The notes: generated by a model from the letters alone, not told the origin. DNA of 64,000 nucleotides from Dehalococcoidia bacterium (GCA_965207865.1 CBDBNP010000006.1:916015-980014), one strand, 5' to 3'; counted from the first letter of the stretch, positions 9,108 to 18,997 are shown. A program made the numbers and translations.

Positions 9108-10654
9108 AGGGCCACCTCCTCGGCGACCCTTCCAGGTATCCGGCTGTCTTCGGGCATTGGGATTGTGTAGCGCACGACGGCGTTGCCGGGTTTCACCACG
9201 ATCTCCTTGACGAACGACTCGATGAAAGCCCTCCGCTCGGTAAGTTCGCTCTCGTTCAGGAACTCGCTCATATCCTCAGCGTAGGCGGTGATGGTCTTCA
9301 CATCATCCAGGACCACCCGTCGCTGAGACAGCAGCCCCCTAGCCTCCTCCGCCGTGGCCTCCAACCGCTCCTGACGCTCCCGGTGGTCCCTGATGCGGGG
9401 CTTGAAGTCGTCGATGTCCATGTCGGTGGTCTCCACCAGGTTGTAAAGCCGTTCCAGCCTGCGCCGAACGTCGGCCAGTTCCGCCTCCACCGTCTCCAGC
9501 TTCACCCGCTGCTCCTTGGCCACGCCGTCCATCTCCTCGTCCACCAGCTTGACCAGTTCCCTGATATTGCCCTCGGTCAGGATGTTGGTGCGAATCTTCT
9601 CCACCACCATCTCCTCGAAACGGCGGGCGTTCAGCCTGGGGGCGTCGCAGGCCCCGCTGCCCCGCTTTTGCAGCGACTGGCAGACGTAGTAGGCAAACTG
9701 GCCGCTCTTGGAGTCCTGGCCGGAGAGGGCGCGGTTGCACTGGTGGCACTTGACCAGCCCGCTGAGGAGATAAGAGCTGCCGACCCGGCGGGGGTGGGCC
9801 TTTTTCGGCGCGCGAGAGCGCATCTGCCGGTTCACCTTGCGGAACTGGGTCTTGGTGACGATGGCGGGGAAAGCTTTCTCCACCCTTACCGGCTCCGCCT
9901 TGTCCTTGGCGTTGGTCCCCCAGACCAAAGTGCCGGTGTAGCTCTCGTTTCTCAGGATGATGTGAATGCCGTTCTTGGACCAGAGCTTGCCGGTGGGATT
10001 GGCGATGCCCTCGTCGCTCAGGGTGCGGGATATGTCCAGCATCCCCTTGCCCGCCTCGGCCAGGTCGAAGATTCGTTTGACCACCGGGGAGGTTTCCGGG
10101 TCCGGCTCCAGGGTGGGGCGCTTTTTCGCCCCGTCCTGGACCATCACCTTGCGGTAGCCGTAGGGCACTCTGCTGGTGACCCAGAACCCCCGCGAGGCGG
10201 CCTCCCGCATCCCCCGCGTCACTTCCTGGGCCAGATTCTCCGAGTAAAATTCGTCCACGCTCTCGATGATGGCCTCCATCAGCTTGCCCGTGGGGGTGTC
10301 GTCGGCGTGCTCGGTGATGGAGACCACGCGGACGCCCTTGCGCCGCAGCAGGGACTTGAAGGCCACGGCGTGCTCCCGCTTGCGGGTGAAGCGGGAGAAT
10401 TTCCAGACCAGGATTTCCTTGAAAGGTGATTCGGGCCTGCTGGCGGCGTCGATCATCTTGCGGAACTCGGGCCTGTCGGCGATACGGCCACTCTCGGCCT
10501 CGTCCACATACTCGCGGGCGACGACGTAGCCGTTCCTGTCGGCGTAGTCCCGGAGCGCCCTGAGCTGGGCCGCCACGGAGAGGTCCACGTCCTGGCGGTC
10601 GCTGGACACCCGGGCGTAGAGGGCCGCCGGGGTGAGGGTTGCTATCTGGCTCAT
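8723..10654 (-). CDS. Large serine recombinase (LSR2), probable ICE integrase; last ~116 codons run antisense through LSR1
   Basis: YARVSSDRQ, LLSGLVKCHQC...YYVC; homology with LSR1 ends at VLSTVKYGG near 9072. Confidence 0.93.
   Translation of the reverse strand: MSQIATLTPAALYARVSSDRQDVDLSVAAQLRALRDYADRNGYVVAREYVDEAESGRIADRPEFRKMIDAASRPESPFKEILVWKFSRFTRKREHAVAFKSLLRRKGVRVVSITEHADDTPTGKLMEAIIESVDEFYSENLAQEVTRGMREAASRGFWVTSRVPYGYRKVMVQDGAKKRPTLEPDPETSPVVKRIFDLAEAGKGMLDISRTLSDEGIANPTGKLWSKNGIHIILRNESYTGTLVWGTNAKDKAEPVRVEKAFPAIVTKTQFRKVNRQMRSRAPKKAHPRRVGSSYLLSGLVKCHQCNRALSGQDSKSGQFAYYVCQSLQKRGSGACDAPRLNARRFEEMVVEKIRTNILTEGNIRELVKLVDEEMDGVAKEQRVKLETVEAELADVRRRLERLYNLVETTDMDIDDFKPRIRDHRERQERLEATAEEARGLLSQRRVVLDDVKTITAYAEDMSEFLNESELTERRAFIESFVKEIVVKPGNAVVRYTIPMPEDSRIPGRVAEEVALHGPVLSTVKYGGPDWTKSRTEADSDVTPSCGMGIVYVRTASSSTISMPCTKLRMSAFRSGNVPSWKSARKSATYPLISLLVGSSARRCSNWASAPSLAAVSWSWRLFSARMRGEITSMGNCLVSKAW
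9048..9097. other. Putative att site: imperfect palindrome formed by the 3' ends of both LSR genes
   Basis: GTTCTTGATTTTGTCCAGTCCGG-CCCA-CCATACTTGACGGTAGACAGTAC; the two arms align as inverted repeats. Confidence 0.6.
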
Positions 10655-10692
10655 GATGGGTCCTCCTTGTCTCTGTACCTTGTTCCAAGAGT

Positions 10693-10733
10693 AGGCCGCC
10701 GCCGGTTGTCTGCAATCGGCGGCGGCCTTTTTT
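10693..10733. terminator. Strong hairpin with T-tract on the + strand, between the antitoxin-like gene and LSR2
   Basis: AGGCCGCCGCCG...CGGCGGCGGCCT followed by a T run. Confidence 0.55.
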
Positions 10734-11025
10734 ATTGCCTTTCGGATTCGTCTATGGGGGTTACCTGGAGCCGGAAGCCCAGGGCCCGGGTCACCTTCAG
10801 GACGGTGTTGAACTCGGGGTTGGCCCCGGCCCGCATGGACTTGTACAGGCTCTTCTCGCCGAGGCCGGTCTCCCGGGCCACCCGCCGCATGCGGTGGGCG
10901 CGGGCCATCCGGGCCAGAATGCCCGTGATGGCTTCCAGGTCTCCCGCTGCCAGGGCTGCGTTCAGGGCAGCCGTAACGTCTTCCTCAGTGGCAAGGTAGT
11001 CGGCCCGGGGTTCTGAACTGCCCAT
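10732..11025 (-). CDS. Orphan addiction-module antidote protein (HI1420-like HTH)
   Basis: ADYL..EED...LNAAL..GD...ARAHRMRRVARETGLGEKSLYKSM...NPEFNTVLKVTRALG; no toxin gene adjacent. Confidence 0.85.
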   Translation of the reverse strand: MGSSEPRADYLATEEDVTAALNAALAAGDLEAITGILARMARAHRMRRVARETGLGEKSLYKSMRAGANPEFNTVLKVTRALGFRLQVTPIDESERQ

Positions 11026-11109
11026 CGCTGCCGCCTCATCGTCGTGAATTTGACCTTGATTCCACCTCAAATGTTATCCCTTCGGATACCATAGCGCAAT
11101 AGTCAAACG

Positions 11110-11358
11110 TCAGTCAGGATCGGCCAGTTCAGCCTGCTTGCGCAGGTGGACGCGGACGATGACCTTGGCCAGGATGCGCAATCCTTTGCGCACCTGCTCC
11201 CGCTGTCTTGCAGTGTACTGGGGTAATTCCGGTGTTGTTGATGCCCCTGTTGCCGGTGATTGCACCCGTTTGCGGCGCGCCTTGGAGGATTCACTGTTGG
11301 GGCGCTCCGATATGTTCTTTCCTGTGTCTTTCTGCATATCCTCTCGTTGCCGGTTCAT
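11110..11358 (-). CDS. Small basic protein (GLRILAKVIVRVHLR family)
   Basis: Co-oriented with neighbours; has a paralog near 4324. Confidence 0.6.
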   Translation of the reverse strand: MNRQREDMQKDTGKNISERPNSESSKARRKRVQSPATGASTTPELPQYTARQREQVRKGLRILAKVIVRVHLRKQAELADPD

Positions 11359-11423
11359 GGTTGGACCGCCGGCGCAGGCGGATGGGACGGGCGCCGGCGG
11401 CGTTAGGCGTTAAGTGTTGCGGT

Positions 11424-11765
11424 CTAGGTCCCGTCCTGCTCGTCCCAGGCAAGGTCCTCCGTCAGGTCCTCCCCCAGGAGGATGTCCAGGCCGCCGGGAA
11501 TCCGCATAGCGAACCTGACCAAGGAGAGCATGGCCCCGCCGCAGGGCTCCACGTCCTCGGCCCAGCGGCGCACCTGCTTGCGGTCCACCCCGATGGCCTG
11601 GGCCAAGCCGCTCCAGCTGAGGCCGCTGGCCTCCTTGAGGCGGAGCAGCCGCTGCGGGAAGTCCGGGGGCAGCACACCGTTCCCCTGGGGCACGGGGCGG
11701 CCGCCCATGTTGATCCTGTCCGAGTACCCGTCGAAACGGGGCTCGTTCTTACGGGTCGTCATCAA
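11424..11765 (-). CDS. XRE-family HTH regulator
   Basis: DFPQRLLRLKEASGLSWSGLAQAIGVDRKQVRRW; paralog of 40939..41184. Confidence 0.8.
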   Translation of the reverse strand: MMTTRKNEPRFDGYSDRINMGGRPVPQGNGVLPPDFPQRLLRLKEASGLSWSGLAQAIGVDRKQVRRWAEDVEPCGGAMLSLVRFAMRIPGGLDILLGEDLTEDLAWDEQDGT

Positions 11766-12030
11766 TGTCCTCCAATCTGAAAAGCTGGTGAAAATCGTTC
11801 ACGCCGAGGACACGGAGCATCCTTCTGCGGATGCGGCCCGAGGGCGTCCGGCTCCCGTTGACCAGCTTGGAGACATAGGAGGGAGTGACCCCCATTTCGC
11901 CGGCGAGCCAGTTCTGGGACCGGCCCAGTAGGGCCAGCTTTTCCCAGAGGGCCGCCGTATCGAGCCGGACGACGGTCCGTCCCCCACGCCCCCGAGGTCC
12001 CCGGTCGTGACTGGTATGTTGCAAGCACAT
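11749..12030 (-). CDS. XRE-family HTH regulator
   Basis: SQNWLAGEMGVTPSYVSKLVNGSRTPS; AAGGAGG RBS upstream. Confidence 0.8.
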   Translation of the reverse strand: MCLQHTSHDRGPRGRGGRTVVRLDTAALWEKLALLGRSQNWLAGEMGVTPSYVSKLVNGSRTPSGRIRRRMLRVLGVNDFHQLFRLEDIDDDP

Positions 12031-12094
12031 TGCTTATTTCCTCCTTAGTTGAATGAAGCGATTTCGGATGATTTGGCGCGTTTTCAATAGCGTT

Positions 12095-13723
12095 TCAGCG
12101 TGCCGGAGGCAGACGCTCCGGCTGCCGGTCGCCGGGGTTCCGCCAGGCCCGCCCCAGCGTCCCCGGGGTTTCGAGTGCGGTCCGGTGGGAGACCCATAGG
12201 GGGACATTGACCCCCGCCCTCTTCATCTCCTCAGCCGCCAGCCGCAGAAAGTGTTCTGCAACGAGGGCTTCGTCGAAGACCACCAGGACGTCGGGCCTTA
12301 CGCCATGGTCGTCGGTGGGCCTGGGAGTGGAGTAATAGCGCAGGTAGGGGGCGAGGCGGTCGGCCATGGTGCCGGGCCGGACGGCGCGGCGCTCCCACTC
12401 CAGGAAGAAGGCCCATTCGACGGGGCCGCGGCTCACAAGTCCAAAGGCGTCCGGGTGTACCGAGCGCAGACCGCCCCTGTGCCGGAAGTGTCTTGACGCC
12501 CGGTGCGGCGGGTCCAGTTGGCGGACCTCCCAGCCCAGGGCGCGGGCCTGATGCGCCAGGGCCGAGATGAACTCATGGACGGCGCCGGTGTGGACGATGT
12601 TTCTCAGCAGCTGCCTGGTCCTGCTGCCGGAAATGTTGCGCCAGTGGAGGGGCTCGTCCTCATCCAGGGGCGAAACGCTCCAGCGCTTCCTGGCCGCGCC
12701 CACCGAGGTCCGGTCGCGGCGGGAAAGCAGTGCCAGTCCCTCATCGGTGAGGGCCAGCCACCCAGCCGTGCCCCCTAGCCTGGTTACAAGCTCGTTGATT
12801 TCCAGGGAGACCGCGATCTGGGAGGCGCGGGGTTCGGAGACGTTGAGCAGGGCCGCCAGTTGCTTCCGCGACAGCCATGGCCAGTCGGCCAGCAGGTCCA
12901 GGGCGCGTTTTTCCGTTTGCTTGAGCAGGGAGGGCAGGAAGTGCCCTTCGTCGTTGTTGCTGGTGATTTCCGCTTTCGGTGGCGGTTCCTCCTCTATCAC
13001 CCGTCCGCCGGGTTGAAGACGTTTCAGCGCGGATCGCAGGTCCAGAGCAGCGTTGACGGCGGACGGCCGCCAGATGCGGTGTTCCGGCCCAGCCAGTGCC
13101 GCGTCCCGTTCCAGGGCAAGCAACGCGGGTACGGGAGTGCGGGCCAGCAGCCGGCGGGCGTGTCCCAAGCGCACCTCGTCCGGGACCAGCACCAGGACGG
13201 CTCCGGGGAGCGGGCCCTCGGCCAGCCGCCTCACCCGCTTGGCGAAGCCGGTGCGGTCGGCGGTGGCGCCCAACCGCAGGATGCCAAGGGTGCGGCCGCC
13301 GGGCAGGGCGATGGCGGCGTCCAGCGGCGCGGCCCGGTACCAGCGGAACCGGACGGGATGAGCGACGTTGGCGACGGCGGCGGCCAGCCTGTAGATGACG
13401 CCCAGGGCGTCCAGTCGTCCCAGCAGTACGCGCATCCACCTCTTTGACACGGGGCGGGAACGAAGCAGGCCGTCCAAGGCGACGCCGTTGATCCCGGCCA
13501 GGCGGCACAGGCCGTCGCCGTTCAGGTAATGGCGACGGGTGGAGGGAAGCAGGCCGGTGGCGTGAGAAAGGGAGGCAACGTATCCGTATTCCTCCAGTTT
13601 TCCGACGCCCCGGTACACCGCGCCCCGGGACCAGCCCGTGACGGCGGTCAATTCCAGGCGGTCCAGGAAGGGCATCTCCGCCAGCGCTCCCAGCAGTTCG
13701 GATTCCCAGGACGAGGCCCTCAT
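12095..13723 (-). CDS. Replic_Relax/MOBC-like relaxase candidate with internally duplicated wHTH-nuclease module
   Basis: VHPDAFG...FFLEWERRA in the C-half; start overlaps the VirD4 stop. Confidence 0.75.
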   Translation of the reverse strand: MRASSWESELLGALAEMPFLDRLELTAVTGWSRGAVYRGVGKLEEYGYVASLSHATGLLPSTRRHYLNGDGLCRLAGINGVALDGLLRSRPVSKRWMRVLLGRLDALGVIYRLAAAVANVAHPVRFRWYRAAPLDAAIALPGGRTLGILRLGATADRTGFAKRVRRLAEGPLPGAVLVLVPDEVRLGHARRLLARTPVPALLALERDAALAGPEHRIWRPSAVNAALDLRSALKRLQPGGRVIEEEPPPKAEITSNNDEGHFLPSLLKQTEKRALDLLADWPWLSRKQLAALLNVSEPRASQIAVSLEINELVTRLGGTAGWLALTDEGLALLSRRDRTSVGAARKRWSVSPLDEDEPLHWRNISGSRTRQLLRNIVHTGAVHEFISALAHQARALGWEVRQLDPPHRASRHFRHRGGLRSVHPDAFGLVSRGPVEWAFFLEWERRAVRPGTMADRLAPYLRYYSTPRPTDDHGVRPDVLVVFDEALVAEHFLRLAAEEMKRAGVNVPLWVSHRTALETPGTLGRAWRNPGDRQPERLPPAR

Positions 13724-16374
13724 TCGCCGCCCTCCTCATCGGCCCCGTTGCCCTCCCCTGCTCCGACGCCGGCGTTCCGTCTACTGGTCTGCCCTCCCCG
13801 GTGGTTCTCCCTGGGCTCAATGCCTCCGCCGGTTTCCCGCTGGGCCAGCAAGTGGCGGTAATCGCTGACCTGCTGTTTGCCGTTACCGGGGCCGTTGGCC
13901 TCCTGCATCTCTGCGAGCATCCGGCGGTACTCGCTGATCTTCTGCTCGCCGTCGGCTTGCCCCTCCATCAAACCGGAGAGGTTGTGGGCCGGAAGGGTGT
14001 AGGCGGCGGTGGCGGCGCGGATGCGGCGGGCCACGACGGGGTCGCCGTTGTCGGGCTTCCTGACCATCATGGAGAAGGCGGGCAGCCGCTCGGCGCCAAC
14101 GGTGGCCCGCACGTAGCAGTGGTGCACGTCCAGGGACGTGATGTCGTCCTCGGACACCCGCTCCTTGCCCAGCTCCCACACCAGTTGCCGGGCGTCGTTG
14201 CCCGACACCTGGAAGACGGCAAGGCAGCCCACGTTGGCCAGTATGGTGTCCCGCATGGTGGGGGAGAGGTCGTCCAGCTTGGCCAGGCTCTGGGTGGCCA
14301 GGATGAAACTGGCGCCGAACTTGCCAAGCTCCGACAGCATGGACTCGTAGTCCACGCCAGGCATGGACTGCATTTCGTCGACGACCACCAGGGCGCCGCG
14401 GCGCTGGCTCGCCGGCAACCCGCCCTGCTCCCGGATCACCGAGTCCACCAGGTTGAGCAGGGACGCTCCCACCAATGCGGCCACGTCCCGGCCCGCCGTC
14501 CCCTGGGATGTGGAGACCAACAGGATGCCGCCGTCAAGAATCGTCTCCCGCAGGTCGATGGTGGAGCGGGGCTGGCCCAGTATGGCCCTGGCCCGCTTGG
14601 ACGAGGCGTAGTAGGACAGCCTGGTCTGCACCGGGGCCAGGGCCTCGGCCCGGTACTGGCGGTGCCAGTTGCCGAAGTCCCGGGCCCACCACTCAAGGAT
14701 GTAGGGGTCCGACACCTTGGCCAGCACCGTGTTTCGGAAGGGGTCGTTGGACAGGAGCCCCAAGCCGTCCAGTATGGTGTGCTGGCGGTCGTCGCTGGTG
14801 CCGGGGTGGGCGTTGGCCTCGTGCAGGGTCTTGACCGTCTGCTCCAGGATGGACTGCATCCGGGGACCCCACTGCTCCCACAGGCCCCTCGCCACCCGTA
14901 CCACCGAGTCGGCGGTGCGGTCCCGGTCGGCGAAGACGCGGGTGTCCAGCAGGTTTATGCCGGGAGTGCGGGTCTCGTCGGCCAGGTCAATGAGCCTCAC
15001 CCTGTCGATCAGGGACTCGGGTACCTGCTCCAGGATGCCGGCCACCAGGTCGGCGTGGGGGTCAACGACGACGATGGCGTCGTTGTCCCTTCCTGCCGCC
15101 TTTTCCCTGAGCTTGTGGCTGACGATGTGGTGCATCAGGGTGGACTTGCCCATGCGGGTGCGGGCTACGTACAGGTGGTGCCGGCGCAGCAGGTCCCCGG
15201 GGAAGCGGATGGGTTGCTGCGTTCCCGTGGTGGTGTCGCCCACCAAAGCGCCGGCCTGGACTCCCCGGGCGGTGGGCAACAGCCCCCTGGCGCCCGACCG
15301 CTCCACCAGGGGCGTCTCGTCCCGTTCGCCGGGCGGGTGCCACAGGGACGCCGCCTCGCGGACACCCAGGACGCTGCGCCTGCCGAATAGCCCTGCCGCC
15401 GGAGGATGCAGGTTGGCGGCGGGCAGCGGCTCCCGCACGTCGCCCACCTTGAACCCCGCACCGGCGGGGTGCTGGTAATGGCGGTAGGCGGCGGCCACCG
15501 GCGTCAGCAGTTCCCCGGCCCGAGGGAGCCTGGTGGTCTTCGGGATGACGGCGGTTACCTGTATCTCGGCGTCGAAGGCGATGCGGGAGACCTTCTCCCT
15601 GATCAGCACCGGGTCGTAGACCCGGCGCCGGGCCTGCTTCCAGCGCCACCAGCCCCATCCCGCCACGGTCAGGCCGAGGACGGAACCTGCTGCCAGCAGC
15701 GACGCCTTCAGGTACTCGCCGTCCTGGAACCACAGGTAGCCTTTGAGCGCCGCCAGCGCCCCCACACCCAGGACGGCCATGGTCACGCCGTCCAGCTGCA
15801 GGGGCTTGGTCTGGTAGGTGTAGGACGGCTCGCGGTTTTCCGGCACGGCCTGCTTGTGGGCGCGAACCTGGTGGGCCTGGGACCAGTCGGGGCCCAGGGA
15901 GCGCAGCAGCATGCGGGATACCAGCCGCTCGCCGGAACGCAGGTTGGACAATGCGCCGATGACCGCCAGCAGGGGGTCGGAACCGGCGTCCAGCAGGTCG
16001 TCGTCCCGGAAGGTGCGCAGGGGCACGTATTCCGGCCCGTCGGCCCGCAGGGTGATGGAGGCGGCCTGCTCGTCCTCTGCTACCAACAAGGGGTCATCCT
16101 CGGGAGGCACCTGCCGGATGCGGGCCTGGGGGTAGTGAGCGGCGATTTGGCCCCGCACCACCTGGTCGTCCTGGCAGCGGACCATGAGGGTGACGCCATT
16201 GGCGTCGCCAGCCAGCTCCAGGGAGAAGGGTTCGGGTACGGCGATGGACTGCAGCAGGTTTTCCACGCCCAGCAGGGTCCGCTCGCCGGTGCGCGGCGGC
16301 GTCACCGCCAGCAACACCGGGGCGGGCCTGTTACGCCCGTCGCCGAACAGCATTTTCTTGACATTCAGATTCAT
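13720..16374 (-). CDS. virD4: Type IV coupling protein (VirD4/TraD-like ATPase)
   Basis: Two TM helices, Walker A ARTRMGKST, VVDPHADL, Walker B VVVDEMQ, FILATQ. Confidence 0.88.
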   Translation of the reverse strand: MNLNVKKMLFGDGRNRPAPVLLAVTPPRTGERTLLGVENLLQSIAVPEPFSLELAGDANGVTLMVRCQDDQVVRGQIAAHYPQARIRQVPPEDDPLLVAEDEQAASITLRADGPEYVPLRTFRDDDLLDAGSDPLLAVIGALSNLRSGERLVSRMLLRSLGPDWSQAHQVRAHKQAVPENREPSYTYQTKPLQLDGVTMAVLGVGALAALKGYLWFQDGEYLKASLLAAGSVLGLTVAGWGWWRWKQARRRVYDPVLIREKVSRIAFDAEIQVTAVIPKTTRLPRAGELLTPVAAAYRHYQHPAGAGFKVGDVREPLPAANLHPPAAGLFGRRSVLGVREAASLWHPPGERDETPLVERSGARGLLPTARGVQAGALVGDTTTGTQQPIRFPGDLLRRHHLYVARTRMGKSTLMHHIVSHKLREKAAGRDNDAIVVVDPHADLVAGILEQVPESLIDRVRLIDLADETRTPGINLLDTRVFADRDRTADSVVRVARGLWEQWGPRMQSILEQTVKTLHEANAHPGTSDDRQHTILDGLGLLSNDPFRNTVLAKVSDPYILEWWARDFGNWHRQYRAEALAPVQTRLSYYASSKRARAILGQPRSTIDLRETILDGGILLVSTSQGTAGRDVAALVGASLLNLVDSVIREQGGLPASQRRGALVVVDEMQSMPGVDYESMLSELGKFGASFILATQSLAKLDDLSPTMRDTILANVGCLAVFQVSGNDARQLVWELGKERVSEDDITSLDVHHCYVRATVGAERLPAFSMMVRKPDNGDPVVARRIRAATAAYTLPAHNLSGLMEGQADGEQKISEYRRMLAEMQEANGPGNGKQQVSDYRHLLAQRETGGGIEPRENHRGGQTSRRNAGVGAGEGNGADEEGGE

Positions 16375-16411
16375 GTGGGTTGCCTCCGTCTATCGGAATC
16401 GGTATTGCGTG

Positions 16412-18652
16412 CTAATGGCGTGGTCCGGGCCGCCACTCGATTACCGCCGTTTCCTCGGGCGTGGCCTCGATGCGAACGGGAAAGCGGTTGCCCCTGGCCA
16501 ACAGCAACCCGTCGCCCCTGGGACAGGAAAGCAGCCAGCGCTGCAGTTCCTCGGGCAGGTCGAAAGCCTCGCCCACGGTGCTGACGGCGGCGGCGTCCTG
16601 CTGCAGCAGCAGCTTGAAAGCGGCGTTCTGGAGCAGGGCGCGACCGCTGTGTCCGGTGATAGCCCGGGAGGAATCCTCGGAAAGGAGGTCCTGCACGTCC
16701 TGGGTGATGAACTGCAACCCCAGGCGGTGCTTCCTGGCGCGCTTGGCCATCGAGACCATGAACGCGGCCCCCTCGGGGTGCTGCATGATCGACCACACCT
16801 CGTCCACCACCAGCAGTCTCGGTCGGGGGTCCTGGGCTGCGGCAGCCCACACCGTCTCGGTGCAGACCATCGCAGCGGCTGGTCTCAGTTCCGGCTCCAG
16901 CAGGTGCAGGTCGAATACGGTGACCAGGGCCTCTCGGGCCAGCAGGTCGTCGCCCTCGTCGGAGAGCAGGTCCCGCAGGCTGCCGGTGGCGAAGGGCCGC
17001 AGCAGGTGGGCGATGTCCGGTGTCTCTCCCTCCAGGTAGGCGTAGAAATCGCGGAAGCCGGTGCGCTCCCTACGCTCCGCGTAGTAGCCGGCCAGTGCGT
17101 GGTCCAGAGAGGAGCGCCGTTCCGCGCTGAGCCTTTCCCCCACCATCACCTCGATCAACCGCCGCAGGCTGCCGATGCGCTGGAGCAACTCCTCGCTGTC
17201 GCCCCGGTCGATTACGAACGGATTCATGCCCTGGCCGGGAACTCCGGGGGACAGGACGCGGCCGCCGGCGGCGCGGGCCATGTCGGTGTACTCGCCCTCC
17301 GGGTCGATGATGTAGGCCCGCACTCCCCGGCACAGCCCACGCAGGACGCCCAGCTTGGTGGCGAACGACTTGCCCGAGCCAGAGCGGGCCAACACCGCCG
17401 TGTTGGCGTTCAGGTGAGTCCCGTCGAAGGGGTCGTAGACGATGGGGGCGCAGGCCCGCAGGTCGATGCCGTAGAGCGTGCCGCTGCGGGTGTCCAGGTC
17501 CGGCGGTGAGAAGGGGAACAGCCTCGCCAGGGATGACGTATCCAGGGTCCGCCACACCGCCACTGCGTTCAGGCCCAGGGGCAGGGTGGACAGCAGCCCC
17601 TCCCTTTGCCGGAAGGCCAGGCTGTCCAGCTTGCCCAGCGTGGCGGCGAAGTGAGCTCTTGCCCTCTGGGTCAGGTCCCTGAGCGTATCGGCATCGTCGG
17701 CGTGCAGTGTCACCGACAACGATGCGTGGAACAGCCTTTCCCGGCCCCGCTGCACCTCGTCGCGCAGGCGGCTAACGTCCTCCAGGGCGATCTCCGCCTC
17801 GGAGGACATGCTGCGGCCCCGCTTGAAGGACAGGGACTGGGCCGACTCGAAGCGGACCTTCTGCCATTCCAGGGTGCGGGCCGCCTGCTCCGTGGGGATG
17901 GCTCCCAAGTGTACCGACAGGTCCATGGGCGCCCCGGCGGCCATCAGTCCCTGCAAAAACCCGGGGGCCAGGGAGCGCGGCCACTTGCCCAGGTGGAGCG
18001 AGCGAACCAGGTGGTTGCCGATGCGGATGTCGCGCCGGTTTACCTCTATGTCAGTCGCGGCGTTTTCGTCCCTCTCGTTGGGCGAGCCGCCAAGGGCCGA
18101 GGCGAAGAGCAGCAACTTGAGGGAGTCGCCGGAAAGGGGAAATACGCCGAGGCCGGCGCGCAGCAGCAGGCCGCGCAGTTCGTCGGCCCGGGTGTGCTCG
18201 CAGACGGCGTAGAACCGCCGGTCCAGGATGCCCTCACGCGTTTCCAGCGTTGTCAGCAGCCGTCCCAGGCTGTCGGCGGCGTCCCTGGTCTGCTGCGGCA
18301 GGTCCTCGGGCTGGGACGCCGTCAGGTTGTTGCGGAGGGCCTGCAGCACCGGCGGGTGCTGCCTTACCAGCAGTTGCACCGGGAAGTCCACGGCGTTTAG
18401 GGAACCGGCGAAGGACCCCAGCTTGGGCTCGTCCAGCTCCAACCCCATCACCTCCAGCACCGCCAGCTTCACCCCGTCCAGGCGCACCGGTCCGTCGTCC
18501 TCCAGGTGGGACAGCATGAAAAACAGCGGCAGCGGGGCCGGAGGCTTGGGTTCGGGAGCCGCCTGCCCCGTCTCCGCGTCGTTGGTCTCGCCGGATTGGC
18601 CGTTTCCGGCCCGGCCCGGCATCTTTGCCATATCTGGCAATTTCAGTTTCAT
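16412..18652 (-). CDS. virB4: VirB4-like conjugation ATPase
   Basis: NANTAVLARSGSGKS, IIDPEGEY, LLVVDEVW, KRARKH...FITQ. Confidence 0.92.
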   Translation of the reverse strand: MKLKLPDMAKMPGRAGNGQSGETNDAETGQAAPEPKPPAPLPLFFMLSHLEDDGPVRLDGVKLAVLEVMGLELDEPKLGSFAGSLNAVDFPVQLLVRQHPPVLQALRNNLTASQPEDLPQQTRDAADSLGRLLTTLETREGILDRRFYAVCEHTRADELRGLLLRAGLGVFPLSGDSLKLLLFASALGGSPNERDENAATDIEVNRRDIRIGNHLVRSLHLGKWPRSLAPGFLQGLMAAGAPMDLSVHLGAIPTEQAARTLEWQKVRFESAQSLSFKRGRSMSSEAEIALEDVSRLRDEVQRGRERLFHASLSVTLHADDADTLRDLTQRARAHFAATLGKLDSLAFRQREGLLSTLPLGLNAVAVWRTLDTSSLARLFPFSPPDLDTRSGTLYGIDLRACAPIVYDPFDGTHLNANTAVLARSGSGKSFATKLGVLRGLCRGVRAYIIDPEGEYTDMARAAGGRVLSPGVPGQGMNPFVIDRGDSEELLQRIGSLRRLIEVMVGERLSAERRSSLDHALAGYYAERRERTGFRDFYAYLEGETPDIAHLLRPFATGSLRDLLSDEGDDLLAREALVTVFDLHLLEPELRPAAAMVCTETVWAAAAQDPRPRLLVVDEVWSIMQHPEGAAFMVSMAKRARKHRLGLQFITQDVQDLLSEDSSRAITGHSGRALLQNAAFKLLLQQDAAAVSTVGEAFDLPEELQRWLLSCPRGDGLLLARGNRFPVRIEATPEETAVIEWRPGPRH

Positions 18653-18673
18653 AATGTGTGTCTCCTATTCTTG

Positions 18674-18997
18674 CTACAGGCTGGGACTGATTCCGCCCAC
18701 CAGCAGCAGGGTTATGGTCTTGGCCAGCAGCACCACAACGAGGCCAACCACGGCCATCAGCACTGCGTTCCTGGCCCGGCCACGGCCCTCGCCCTCGGCC
18801 CCCTCGGCCATCAGCACGAAACCGGCCCAGACGATGGCGAAAAAGCACAGTCCGGCGGCAACGGCGGCCATGGCGGTGAGCACGGCGTCGAAGGACGCAA
18901 GCATCGTGGCCGCCGCTGCCGCTTTCTCCTCCGGCGTTGCGGCGATGAGAGATGCGGCCAAGCAGGCCAATACCAGGAGCTGTAGGGCACGGCGCAT
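18674..18997 (-). CDS. TrbC/VirB2-like pilin
   Basis: Signal peptide and two hydrophobic helices separated by GRARNA. Confidence 0.7.
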   Translation of the reverse strand: MRRALQLLVLACLAASLIAATPEEKAAAAATMLASFDAVLTAMAAVAAGLCFFAIVWAGFVLMAEGAEGEGRGRARNAVLMAVVGLVVVLLAKTITLLLVGGISPSL

